Source: Rippkaea orientalis PCC 8801
Lineage (GTDB): Bacteria; Cyanobacteriota; Cyanobacteriia; Cyanobacteriales; Microcystaceae
Assembly (NCBI RefSeq): GCF_000021805.1
Contig: NC_011726.1
Coordinates: 2,510,097 to 2,574,096 of the forward strand
Reading direction: 5' to 3'
Length of the DNA: 64,000 nt
The translations under genes and the position numbers were made by a program. The first letter of the stretch is position 1. Every line of letters starts with the position of its first letter. The notes below the pieces were generated by a model. The model was not told the origin of the DNA and searched no databases. It worked only from the letters and a program-made list of their open reading frames with translations. This document shows positions 51,648-60,339 of the stretch, one piece after another.

Positions 51648-51907
51648 TAATCAATGTCTCCTAATACTTCCTCTAGGGAATAGGTTTCATTATTGGTGAT
51701 TTGTTTTAGAGATCTTTGTAAGCTTTCTCTTAACCCAGGAATTGACAATAATTCAATGGTTTCTTGTAAACTTTCATAGCTTTTTTGTGAGATTAAAATA
51801 GCCGAACCATCAGTCATCTCTATTTCATAACTTTGGTTTTCTTGGGTGACTGATTTAACTAGGTTTATTAAGTTTTCTTGAGCATCACTAATGGTGAGTT
51901 TTTCCAT
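51647..51907 (-). CDS. yefM: Phd/YefM-family antitoxin
   Basis: 86 aa. MEKLTISDAQENL...SYESLQETIELL matches the YefM family. Confidence 0.75.
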   Translation of the reverse strand: MEKLTISDAQENLINLVKSVTQENQSYEIEMTDGSAILISQKSYESLQETIELLSIPGLRESLQRSLKQITNNETYSLEEVLGDID

Positions 51908-52183
51908 ATTTTTTAGATCTCTTATTTATTATCAGTTTACTACACAATTTAAAGTATAGTAAGTTCCCTGCTCGTGAGGTACAACGTAGGGGCGTGGTTT
52001 CCACGCCCGTAAACCATCTAGGGGTTAAGTGTACTTCCATTGTAGTCTTTTAGTGCGTATTGCTACAGGCTTGATCTTATTAATAAATATTTTTGTACTA
52101 ATTATAATTAATTAACAAAATCGATCCGCCTAACGGCGGAAAAACAGGAAGAATAGAGGGCAAAAGAACAAAAGAACAAAGGG

Positions 52184-53938
52184 CTAAAAAGTCCTGGGGG
52201 GCGCACAAACAACTCGCACACCGACATTAGAGAGGTAGTCGCGAGGGAGGCCGTAGAGGTTGCGGAAGGCGCAACGGCAAGCATTAGGAATGTAGTTGCA
52301 AGAACCGCCGCGTAGTATCTTTGTAGTATCATTGTCACTAGAAGTCCAAGCACTACCATCTCTGGGTGCACCTTGATAGTTTGCATGATAATCATCCAGA
52401 CACCATTGCCAGACATTACCGTGCATATCGTATAAACCAAAAGCATTAGGGGAAAATTGACCGACAGGTGTCGTTTCTTGCCTATATTGCCCCTTGGGTT
52501 CGTCAGCATAAACATAGTTGCCATCATAATTAGCTAAATCTGTGGTTATCGTCTCTCCACGGTAAAACGGTAGGTTATATTTCTGATTCCATTCTTCTAT
52601 TGCTAACTCTTCACTGATAACTGATAACTGATAACTGTTAACTGACCTACAAGCATACTCCCATTGTGCCTCTGAGGGTAGTTGATAGTCCTTTCCTGTC
52701 TCCCTAGACAGTCGCTGACAAAACTCCACTGCTTCATACCAATTAACGCATTCTACGGGTCTATTATCCCCTGTAAAATGGGAAGGGTTCGGGTTAAGAT
52801 CGATATTAACTTTATCTAAAACCGCGATCGCTTGCCATTGCTTTTGAGTAATGGGATATTTCCCCATAAAAAAGAGCGAAACAGTCACTTGATGTTGGGG
52901 TTTTTCATTTCTAAACCAGTCAGTATCATATTGTTTACAGAGTCTTTCTATTTCGGGATTATCCGTTCCCATCCAAAAACTCCCCCCAGGAATAGAAACC
53001 ATCTCTAAAATAAAATTATTACCTAAAGTTTCTTTAAAATACTCTGCTGTACCCGTAGTTCGACTAATTTCCTCACCGCGACTATTAACGGTAATAATAT
53101 CAAAGAAAAATCGATTTTCCGACTGTTGCTGTTCAAATTCAATAACAATCTTTTCCAAGTCAGACGGTTGTAATTTGTAATAAGTTTCTAGTTGTTTTAA
53201 ATCATCGATCGCTGCTTGAGTTAAAGGATATTGTTGTGCTGCGTAGTGGGTAAAGGCTTTTTTATACTTATCAAGATTTTTTTGATAGTCCTGATAGGGT
53301 TTTAATACGGCTGTTTCAATGGTTTCAACTTCTATATCGCTTAACCCTACTTCTGTTTGTAAATCCTTGAGAATGAGTTGAGCCGCAAAAGAAATCTGAC
53401 CATTAATAACTAATTCTTGAACTTTTTGATGATATTGATTTAAGGAGGCTTTTTTCTTTGCTTCTTGTTCTTTTTGTTGACGTTTTGTCATTAAATCTGT
53501 AGCAGAACGTTGAATACCTTGACTAACATTCAAAAATGCCTCATCTTGATTCTTCCAAGAAGTAATAGGGGCAGCATCTTTCGGTAAAAATTGCAACTTA
53601 CCAAAGGGGGCATTTTTCCAATTCACGGGACGTAAAATAACAGGAATAACCACGACTTCCCCTGCATTGTGCCGTTCCATTGCTACTTTAATTTCGATAT
53701 CCCAACAATATTCAGAAGCAATAAAATCAGCACTAATTAGCAAGAGAATAATATCTGCTTTTCTGAGATTATCATCAATTTGATGATCCCATTCCTCTCC
53801 CAGCAAAATCTTGTGATCGTGCCAATTGCTAATAATTTTTTCCCGTTCTAGTATTTTGAGATGTTTTTCCAATTCATCCCGTAGCGGTTCATCTTTGTGG
53901 GAATAGGAAAAAAAGAGGGTTAATGCAGGTTGTCCCAT
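52184..53938 (-). CDS. TIR domain + coiled-coil linker + FGE-sulfatase (SUMF1/C-type-lectin-fold) domain fusion protein
   Basis: N-terminal TIR region FFSYSHKDE...ILLLISADFIASEYCWDIE. C-terminal FGE-domain region GGSFWMGT..., RGGSW, ...YDMHGNVWQW. Confidence 0.8.
   Translation of the reverse strand: MGQPALTLFFSYSHKDEPLRDELEKHLKILEREKIISNWHDHKILLGEEWDHQIDDNLRKADIILLLISADFIASEYCWDIEIKVAMERHNAGEVVVIPVILRPVNWKNAPFGKLQFLPKDAAPITSWKNQDEAFLNVSQGIQRSATDLMTKRQQKEQEAKKKASLNQYHQKVQELVINGQISFAAQLILKDLQTEVGLSDIEVETIETAVLKPYQDYQKNLDKYKKAFTHYAAQQYPLTQAAIDDLKQLETYYKLQPSDLEKIVIEFEQQQSENRFFFDIITVNSRGEEISRTTGTAEYFKETLGNNFILEMVSIPGGSFWMGTDNPEIERLCKQYDTDWFRNEKPQHQVTVSLFFMGKYPITQKQWQAIAVLDKVNIDLNPNPSHFTGDNRPVECVNWYEAVEFCQRLSRETGKDYQLPSEAQWEYACRSVNSYQLSVISEELAIEEWNQKYNLPFYRGETITTDLANYDGNYVYADEPKGQYRQETTPVGQFSPNAFGLYDMHGNVWQWCLDDYHANYQGAPRDGSAWTSSDNDTTKILRGGSCNYIPNACRCAFRNLYGLPRDYLSNVGVRVVCAPPRTF
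52614..52641. repeat. Heptanucleotide repeat (ctgataa x3, ctgttaa) embedded in-frame in the TIR-FGE CDS
   Basis: The same 7-mer family, in reverse complement, as at 32911. It encodes SYQLSVIS. Confidence 0.7.
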
Positions 53939-54034
53939 ATTCTAGTGGATTGAGGGCGATCGCTTGGACAATACGACTATTATAATAGCATTTTAGACTT
54001 GGTATATGAGGGTTTATCCTAAAATAACACAGAA

Positions 54035-55555
54035 CTATTTAAGCAACTTTTGTAACCAATTCCAGCATTTAACCACCCATTCTTCTACCCATAATATAAT
54101 GCGATCAAGCCATTCTAAAATATGAACTAAGGGATGTTTAACATAACCCGTTGATTTAGCTTTAGTTTCGATCCAATCAGGTAATATATCTGGAGAATTA
54201 TCCTGATGTTCAAGTTTATTTAATGAAGTCGAAGACAGGGAAACGTTACTAACTGATCTTTCTATTTTTTCCTCTGTTACTATTTCGTGATGGACAGTTT
54301 GACGCTTTTTAATTGCTTTAGGCTCATTTTGACGTTTAAGTTGACGCTTTAAGCGTTTTTTTTCGGATTTTCGAGGTTTAGGTGGTAAATTAGACGATTG
54401 AAGTAACGCAGGAGGAGAGAGAGAAACAGAGGGATGGGGAGATTTTGCCGAAAGTTCTTGATATAAATCATCCCAAGATAACCAAGGATCATCTAGAGGT
54501 TTATAGGCTAATTTTTGTGATGGTAAACTATAATTAGATGAAGAACTTTGTTGTAATTTTGTATTAACAGAAGTTTGACCAAAAAAGTAATCAATTGCAG
54601 CAAAAATCAACATCTTTATAGCAAAAGGATTTCCCGTTTGATCCTGCAAAGATTCCTTGGCTTGTTTCTCTAATTTATCTCCCCATTCTTTTACGGGTTT
54701 CACTAAAGATTCAAGGGGAATTTGATCAACTAATTCCCTTAAATTAACCGAATAGGGAAGCACTTGTAAGGCTGATTCTTGAGAAGTTAAAGCTTTTTTA
54801 GTTTCGGTTTTATCTAAGTCATTAATAGTTTGTTGAATCAACATTTTTATGTCTTGTAAAGATGACTCAAAATCAACATTAATCATCTCTATTTCTTGAG
54901 GACTAACCCCTAGGGAAGATTCCTCAAATAGATTAAGTTTAATCGCAACTGGACTGGTTTGAACCCACCGCATTGTTTGCCAAAATAATCGAATAGGTGG
55001 TAACACATTGTTAGAAGCATTAGAAAAGCTAGAAATTAAACCAGGAGTTATTCGAGTCTGATGGTATTTTAAGCGATTTTCATAGTAATAATTAGCCGTT
55101 TCTAATCGAATATGATTTTCCAGGGTTTTTTGCTGACTAAAGGACAAAAGATCAAGGGTTTGATTATCTTTACTGACTAAAACCAGATGACGATTTTCTA
55201 AGAGATTAGCAATTCCTTGAAAGGTTAACTTAGGAGTAATTTGATGATCATTTTCCTCTTCCGTTGTCAGCAATAAAGGGTCAATTTCTTGTAAAATGCG
55301 ATTAATCGGGCGATCGCTCTCTAAAAAAACGGTAGAATTATCCGCTATAGTTGTTGCTTGTCCCAGTCGTTTGCGTGCTGTCCGTCCAGCTTGTACGACA
55401 ACATACACTGGATACAAGACGAGTTGTATACCCCAGGTTGCAGCTAATTTAAGGTGTCGCGTAGTACGATGAAGGCGATCGCGTAACTGCAAGGATTGAC
55501 GGTTTAGAAAGTTAAACAGTCTACTTTTATAGGGACTACTGCTAGAAGAGGACAT
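54035..55555 (-). CDS. Hypothetical protein (Ser-rich N-terminus, one TM segment, basic K/R-rich region)
   Basis: 506-aa ORF with no recognisable domain. Confidence 0.55.
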   Translation of the reverse strand: MSSSSSSPYKSRLFNFLNRQSLQLRDRLHRTTRHLKLAATWGIQLVLYPVYVVVQAGRTARKRLGQATTIADNSTVFLESDRPINRILQEIDPLLLTTEEENDHQITPKLTFQGIANLLENRHLVLVSKDNQTLDLLSFSQQKTLENHIRLETANYYYENRLKYHQTRITPGLISSFSNASNNVLPPIRLFWQTMRWVQTSPVAIKLNLFEESSLGVSPQEIEMINVDFESSLQDIKMLIQQTINDLDKTETKKALTSQESALQVLPYSVNLRELVDQIPLESLVKPVKEWGDKLEKQAKESLQDQTGNPFAIKMLIFAAIDYFFGQTSVNTKLQQSSSSNYSLPSQKLAYKPLDDPWLSWDDLYQELSAKSPHPSVSLSPPALLQSSNLPPKPRKSEKKRLKRQLKRQNEPKAIKKRQTVHHEIVTEEKIERSVSNVSLSSTSLNKLEHQDNSPDILPDWIETKAKSTGYVKHPLVHILEWLDRIILWVEEWVVKCWNWLQKLLK

Positions 55556-55670
55556 GATTAAATCGCTAACCTAAGTTGCTTTTTATTATGCCTGAAATCT
55601 GTCCTTTTTGCCTAGGTGAGTTTTAAGACTGTTTTCTCTTAATCTTAAGGTAAAGAATAATAAACAATTT

Positions 55671-56759
55671 TTAACTGATAGGAACTCCTTTTTTGGTTAA
55701 TAATTCTCGAACATCAAGAAGAACAGGAAAGACTTCTTGATTCCAGTCCCCTCCTTGAAGATTATAAGCAGTTTGTTCCGCTTCAACAATCATTTTATCT
55801 TCCGCAAAAATAACCCCAGTAAAATAACGCATTAATGGCCACAAAAGATGAATTAATCCAGGGATTTTAGGTTGACGAATCATCAGCATTCCAAAACTAT
55901 GATTTCTTTTTTGTTCTCGATCAATTGGAATATACGAAACCCAAAGATCAAGAAAGGGAAGATCAGAACCTGAAGGACAAACCCGTAAAATTTGATAGGG
56001 ATATTCTGTCCGAATAGTCATAATATCAAAATCAGAAGTTGCTAATTCTGAGGTTTCTTTGCGTCCCGGAGCTAAGACTAAATTTGCGCTAAGATGAGGT
56101 TCTCCACTAAACTTGTATTTAGCTTCTACCCAATTATCTCCTTTAGAATTTTCTACTAAAGTAGGTTTAACTTTCCCCATAAATCTCCGATGTAAAAATT
56201 GATGATTCATATCCATTAAATTCTCTTTTAGAAATGAATAATGACAATTAACTTGACGAGAAAAATACATTGTTTTATAATTGGAATTAGACCAATTTTG
56301 TATCTCAGGAAATGCCACAGTTTCGGCTAATTCTGGGATGCCAGGAAAAACAAAAATATGGCCATAAGCTTCTTGACAAGGATAACTTTTAACCCCCTTC
56401 GGTAAAGAACATCCTTGCGGTAAATAGGGAACTTTTGTTACTTTTCCTGTTTGATTATATTGCCAAGCATGGTAAGTACATTGAATCGTATTACCACAAA
56501 CTATCCCCATACTTAAAGGAACTTGTCGATGAGCACAACGATTTTCAAGGGCAAAAAGTTGATTAGATTTTGTCCGAATTAAAACGATAGGATTACCCGC
56601 AAAACTTACTGCATAAGGTTTCTCAATTTTAACATCTTTTGCTTGTGCTAAAGGATACCAAAAATTAGGATTTAAACCAACTTTGCGTAAATCAGTAGGA
56701 ACTTTTAAAGAATAAATATTATCTGATAAATGGGTAGCTTTTTCATTAGTTTGTACCAT
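55671..56759 (-). CDS. Rieske [2Fe-2S] non-haem iron oxygenase (PaO/Tic55-like size)
   Basis: Rieske motif CAHRQ...17 aa...CTYHAWQY. 362 aa. Confidence 0.75.
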   Translation of the reverse strand: MVQTNEKATHLSDNIYSLKVPTDLRKVGLNPNFWYPLAQAKDVKIEKPYAVSFAGNPIVLIRTKSNQLFALENRCAHRQVPLSMGIVCGNTIQCTYHAWQYNQTGKVTKVPYLPQGCSLPKGVKSYPCQEAYGHIFVFPGIPELAETVAFPEIQNWSNSNYKTMYFSRQVNCHYSFLKENLMDMNHQFLHRRFMGKVKPTLVENSKGDNWVEAKYKFSGEPHLSANLVLAPGRKETSELATSDFDIMTIRTEYPYQILRVCPSGSDLPFLDLWVSYIPIDREQKRNHSFGMLMIRQPKIPGLIHLLWPLMRYFTGVIFAEDKMIVEAEQTAYNLQGGDWNQEVFPVLLDVRELLTKKGVPIS

Positions 56760-57031
56760 ACTTAATTTCCACTCCTATTAATTTTTTACACCACAAGACC
56801 TTGCTTTCATGCCAAATCTGCTTTTAAATAATAAAATTATTAAATGAACAAAATCCGATAGAGACGTTGCCGAGAACGTCGCTACTGTAATAAGCAAATT
56901 GGGTATCACACTTGATTAGAAAGCAATATTGTGAGAATTATAAAACCTTTCTCAAAAAAAGGGATAGCTGATGGCTAAAATGTCTACAAATCTAGATATT
57001 GTAAACTTTCAATAATTCAGACAAAGCCTAT

Positions 57032-58009
57032 CTACTGTCCTCCTAAAGCCTCTACAATTGTCTTAGTATTAGCTCGCAGCATCTTAACATAACTATCTCC
57101 CTCGCTTTCAGGTGCTCCAATGGAATCTGCATAAAGGGGGTTAGGGGCAAGTTTAACCCCTGCTTCTTGGGCAACTGTGGTGATTAAAGCAGGATTAATC
57201 GTTGTTTCGGCAAAAATTGACGTAACCTTGCTTTTTTTAATCTCTTCTGTTAAATTTTTAACCGTTTGAGCACTCGGCTGTTCTTCCGTACTAATGCCAA
57301 TTAATGTCCCAATTACCTGTAACCCATAGGCTTTAGCATAATATTGAAAAGCATCATGGGTAGTTACTAACTTACGTTGTGCTTCAGGAATGGTTTTAAT
57401 TTGTTCAATAATCCAGCTATCAAGACGTTCTAACTCGGTAATTAATATCGCTGCATTTTGTTTAAAAATCGACGCATCTTCTGGCGATAATTCGATTAAT
57501 TTATCCCGAATTACTTCCACCATTTTAATGACATTTTTGGCATCTCCCCAAACATGAGGATCGGGTTCTTTTTGTCCCTTATAGACATAATCTAATGGCG
57601 TAACAACCTCAGCAACAGCAACTTTTTTTGCTTTAATTCCTGAAGCTTTCATCAATTTAATTAACCCAGGTTCAAGATTATAACCGTTATACAAAATGAG
57701 ATCCGCTTCTTCAAAAGCCACACTATCAGTCGGTACAGGTTCATAAACATGAGGATCAGCCCCTGGTTCTAAGATACCTTGATGATCCACCTCGTCTTTG
57801 GCAATTTCTTCCGTTAAATTGGCAATAATAGTACTGGTAGAGACAACTTTGGGTTTATCGCTATCTCCCGTCGAAGTATTGGGGGACTGACACCCAGTCA
57901 TCCCCACCCCGACAATTATCCCTAAAACCAGTAATTTAGATAAAAACCGAGATATTCCTCCTCTATTGCTTCTTTTGTCCATCATCAATGCCCTCAAAAT
58001 TATTTTCAT
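57032..58009 (-). CDS. Metal (Mn/Zn) ABC transporter substrate-binding lipoprotein, TroA/ZnuA/MntC family
   Basis: Lipobox LTGC. Cluster A-I SBP fold. 325 aa. Confidence 0.8.
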   Translation of the reverse strand: MKIILRALMMDKRSNRGGISRFLSKLLVLGIIVGVGMTGCQSPNTSTGDSDKPKVVSTSTIIANLTEEIAKDEVDHQGILEPGADPHVYEPVPTDSVAFEEADLILYNGYNLEPGLIKLMKASGIKAKKVAVAEVVTPLDYVYKGQKEPDPHVWGDAKNVIKMVEVIRDKLIELSPEDASIFKQNAAILITELERLDSWIIEQIKTIPEAQRKLVTTHDAFQYYAKAYGLQVIGTLIGISTEEQPSAQTVKNLTEEIKKSKVTSIFAETTINPALITTVAQEAGVKLAPNPLYADSIGAPESEGDSYVKMLRANTKTIVEALGGQ

Positions 58010-58099
58010 AATTATCTCATAATGATTTTCATAATTGTTTCATTTTTCGAGTATCCTAGTAAAGAAAGGCTTAAACATATCAGGTCGGGGGAGAAAATT

Positions 58100-58840
58100 A
58101 TGGGCGATCGCAGCATTACCATCAACCATCTAGGGGCATCCTACCGTAGCGTAGAAGCGTTACGCGATATTACCCTAAAAGTGCAACCAGGACGGTTAAC
58201 AGGCATTATTGGACCAAATGGGGCAGGAAAAAGCACCTTAATGAAGGCGATGTTAGGCTTAATTCCTGTCACGCAGGGAGAGATTTATTATCAGGGTCAA
58301 CCCTTGCATCAACAATTAAACCAAGTAGCCTACGTTCCACAGCGATCGCAGATTGATTGGACCTATCCGGCCACGGTCTGGGATGTCGTGATGATGGGTC
58401 GTGTACGTCAGACGGGATGGTTGCGTCGCTTTTCGGCCGCGAGTCGTCGTCAAGGGTTAGAAGCCTTAGAACGGGTAGATATGGCAGCCTATCGTCAGCG
58501 TCCCATTGGGGCACTCTCAGGAGGACAACAACAACGGGTATTTTTAGCGCGATCGCTGGCACAAAATGGCTCAATTTATCTATTTGATGAGCCCTTTGTG
58601 GGGGTGGATCAAAAAACTGAAAATATCTTATTTAGTATCTTTCGAGAATTAGCTGCTATGGGAAAAATTGTCTTAGTGGTTAATCACGATCTTGGAGAAT
58701 CTATCACTAATTTTGATGACTTAATTTTATTGAATCGAGAATTAATTGCCACAGGAAAACGACAATTTGTCCTAAAGGAAAATTATCTCGATCAAGCCTA
58801 TGGGGGAAAAGTTTTGTTTTTCAATGCTCAAGCAGCTTAA
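58100..58840 (+). CDS. Metal ABC transporter ATP-binding protein
   Basis: Walker A GPNGAGKST. Signature LSGGQQQRV. Walker B YLFDEP. The track ORF starts at 58022 in the same frame. Confidence 0.85.
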   Translation: MGDRSITINHLGASYRSVEALRDITLKVQPGRLTGIIGPNGAGKSTLMKAMLGLIPVTQGEIYYQGQPLHQQLNQVAYVPQRSQIDWTYPATVWDVVMMGRVRQTGWLRRFSAASRRQGLEALERVDMAAYRQRPIGALSGGQQQRVFLARSLAQNGSIYLFDEPFVGVDQKTENILFSIFRELAAMGKIVLVVNHDLGESITNFDDLILLNRELIATGKRQFVLKENYLDQAYGGKVLFFNAQAA

Positions 58841-58841
58841 A

Positions 58842-59567
58842 TCAGTCTGATTTTTCTAGGATACTCAGATCCAAGTTCAGTCCGGCTGATTGAAGAAACT
58901 CAGTTGAAATCGTTGTCAGGGCGGGATTATTGGGTTGAGATTGTTTGACTTTCAGTAAATCTGTTAAGGCATCATACCAAATGCCCTGTTCTCCATAAAA
59001 GGCTGCCGCTTCCAACGCTGAACCCGATGGAATCGGTTTAGGATCAGCAACACGACGTACCCAGGAGGCCACACCGGGATCATCGGGACTCAGGTTGTCC
59101 CCACAGACTAACACGGCTGACCACTGATAGGTTTTTCCCACTTCGAGGGGACGGGAGTCGGGACTCGGTTGAAGCTTAATGATACCCGACTGTCCTGCCA
59201 AAGGGATAGAGGTTCGGGAGTGATAGGTTTTATCCTCTTCTGCCAAGCTTAATACGACTTGTTTAGCGGAATTTTCTGGGACATAGACCCATAAACTGGG
59301 ACGTTCTGCGGTTGTTAAGCCGAAATTAGACGAAGGAACAAGGGCGACTAAAGACAGATTCCCATTGTCTAGACATTTTCCCCGCGACCCTGCTGCGCGG
59401 CTTTGAGAGGGTTTCTTGTCTTCTAAGGGAGGTTTAAATACGACTCTAGTGACTTTTCCTTCTCGCCTCGGTGGTGGGTTGGTGTTAGATTGGCTAGTGG
59501 CGGGAACAGTCCCTAGAAGCAAGAGTCCTAGGGTGATTAGATTGAACAAAACTCGATGATTTAGCAT
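58842..59567 (-). CDS. DUF928 domain secreted protein
   Basis: Signal peptide followed by a DUF928-like region. 241 aa. Confidence 0.6.
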   Translation of the reverse strand: MLNHRVLFNLITLGLLLLGTVPATSQSNTNPPPRREGKVTRVVFKPPLEDKKPSQSRAAGSRGKCLDNGNLSLVALVPSSNFGLTTAERPSLWVYVPENSAKQVVLSLAEEDKTYHSRTSIPLAGQSGIIKLQPSPDSRPLEVGKTYQWSAVLVCGDNLSPDDPGVASWVRRVADPKPIPSGSALEAAAFYGEQGIWYDALTDLLKVKQSQPNNPALTTISTEFLQSAGLNLDLSILEKSD

Positions 59568-59727
59568 AGTAATAATTTTTCTCTCTCAGAAAAGAAGGAA
59601 GTTAATCAATTTAGGGGGTATTCTCCACTAAAAGGCTCAAACAATTAGTAATAAATTATTGTTGGCTAGGGGTCGGTTAGGTTAAATGATAAGTAAGTAT
59701 ACAAAATTAGCTACACAGTTGGCAGAG

Positions 59728-59748
59728 GGAACAGGGAACAGGGAACAG
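59728..59748. repeat. Heptanucleotide tandem repeat gggaaca x3
   Basis: Sequence gggaacagggaacagggaaca lies in the intergenic spacer between the divergent DUF928 and hicA genes. Confidence 0.75.
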
Positions 59749-59898
59749 ATAAGAGATACAGCTATTGTAACTTCTGATTAAAGTGTGCAATTAATTTTGT
59801 TCAGTTATTTACTTGCTTATTCGATTCTATCTAATCAATCAATTCCTAAGTCCTGATTTCCGAAAAACCTGAAAAAGAATAACACAAGAATAACACGA

Positions 59899-60090
59899 AT
59901 GAAAGTTAAAGACGTGCTAAAGCGACTCAAAGCAGATGGATGGTATCAAGTTAGGATGAGGGGTAGTCATCGAATTTTAGCGCATCCTACCAAGTCAGGA
60001 ATTGTTGTCGTTCCAGGAAAATTGAGTAATGATATTCCTATTGGAACTTTATCAGCTATTTGGAAACAAGCACAATTAGGAGATGAATAA
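59899..60090 (+). CDS. hicA: HicA-family toxin
   Basis: 63 aa. LKADGWYQVRMRGSHRIL matches the HicA family. Confidence 0.8.
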   Translation: MKVKDVLKRLKADGWYQVRMRGSHRILAHPTKSGIVVVPGKLSNDIPIGTLSAIWKQAQLGDE

Positions 60091-60305
60091 TGAAGCAGTA
60101 TGCTGTCATTTATGAAAAGGGTCAGACAAATTGGGGGGCAATTGTTCCTGATTTGCCAGGTTGTGTTAGCATTGGTGATTCATTCGAGGAAGTGCAGGAA
60201 AATGTCAAAGAAGCGATCGCACTTTATTTAGAGGTTTTAGAAGAAAGAGGTGAAAAGATTCCTGAACCTTTAACTAAGGTAGGATTAGTTGATATATTCG
60301 CATAA
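60090..60305 (+). CDS. hicB: HicB-family antitoxin
   Basis: 71 aa. MKQYAVIYEKGQTNWGAIVPDLPGC (UPF0150/HicB). Its start overlaps the hicA stop. Confidence 0.8.
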   Translation: MKQYAVIYEKGQTNWGAIVPDLPGCVSIGDSFEEVQENVKEAIALYLEVLEERGEKIPEPLTKVGLVDIFA

Positions 60306-60339
60306 GCGGATCTCTCGGAGATCCCACTAAAAAGAAGGT

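Noticed and set aside
52108-52527. 139-aa ORF overlapping the TIR-FGE gene
   Set aside because: It lies out of frame inside a strongly supported CDS.
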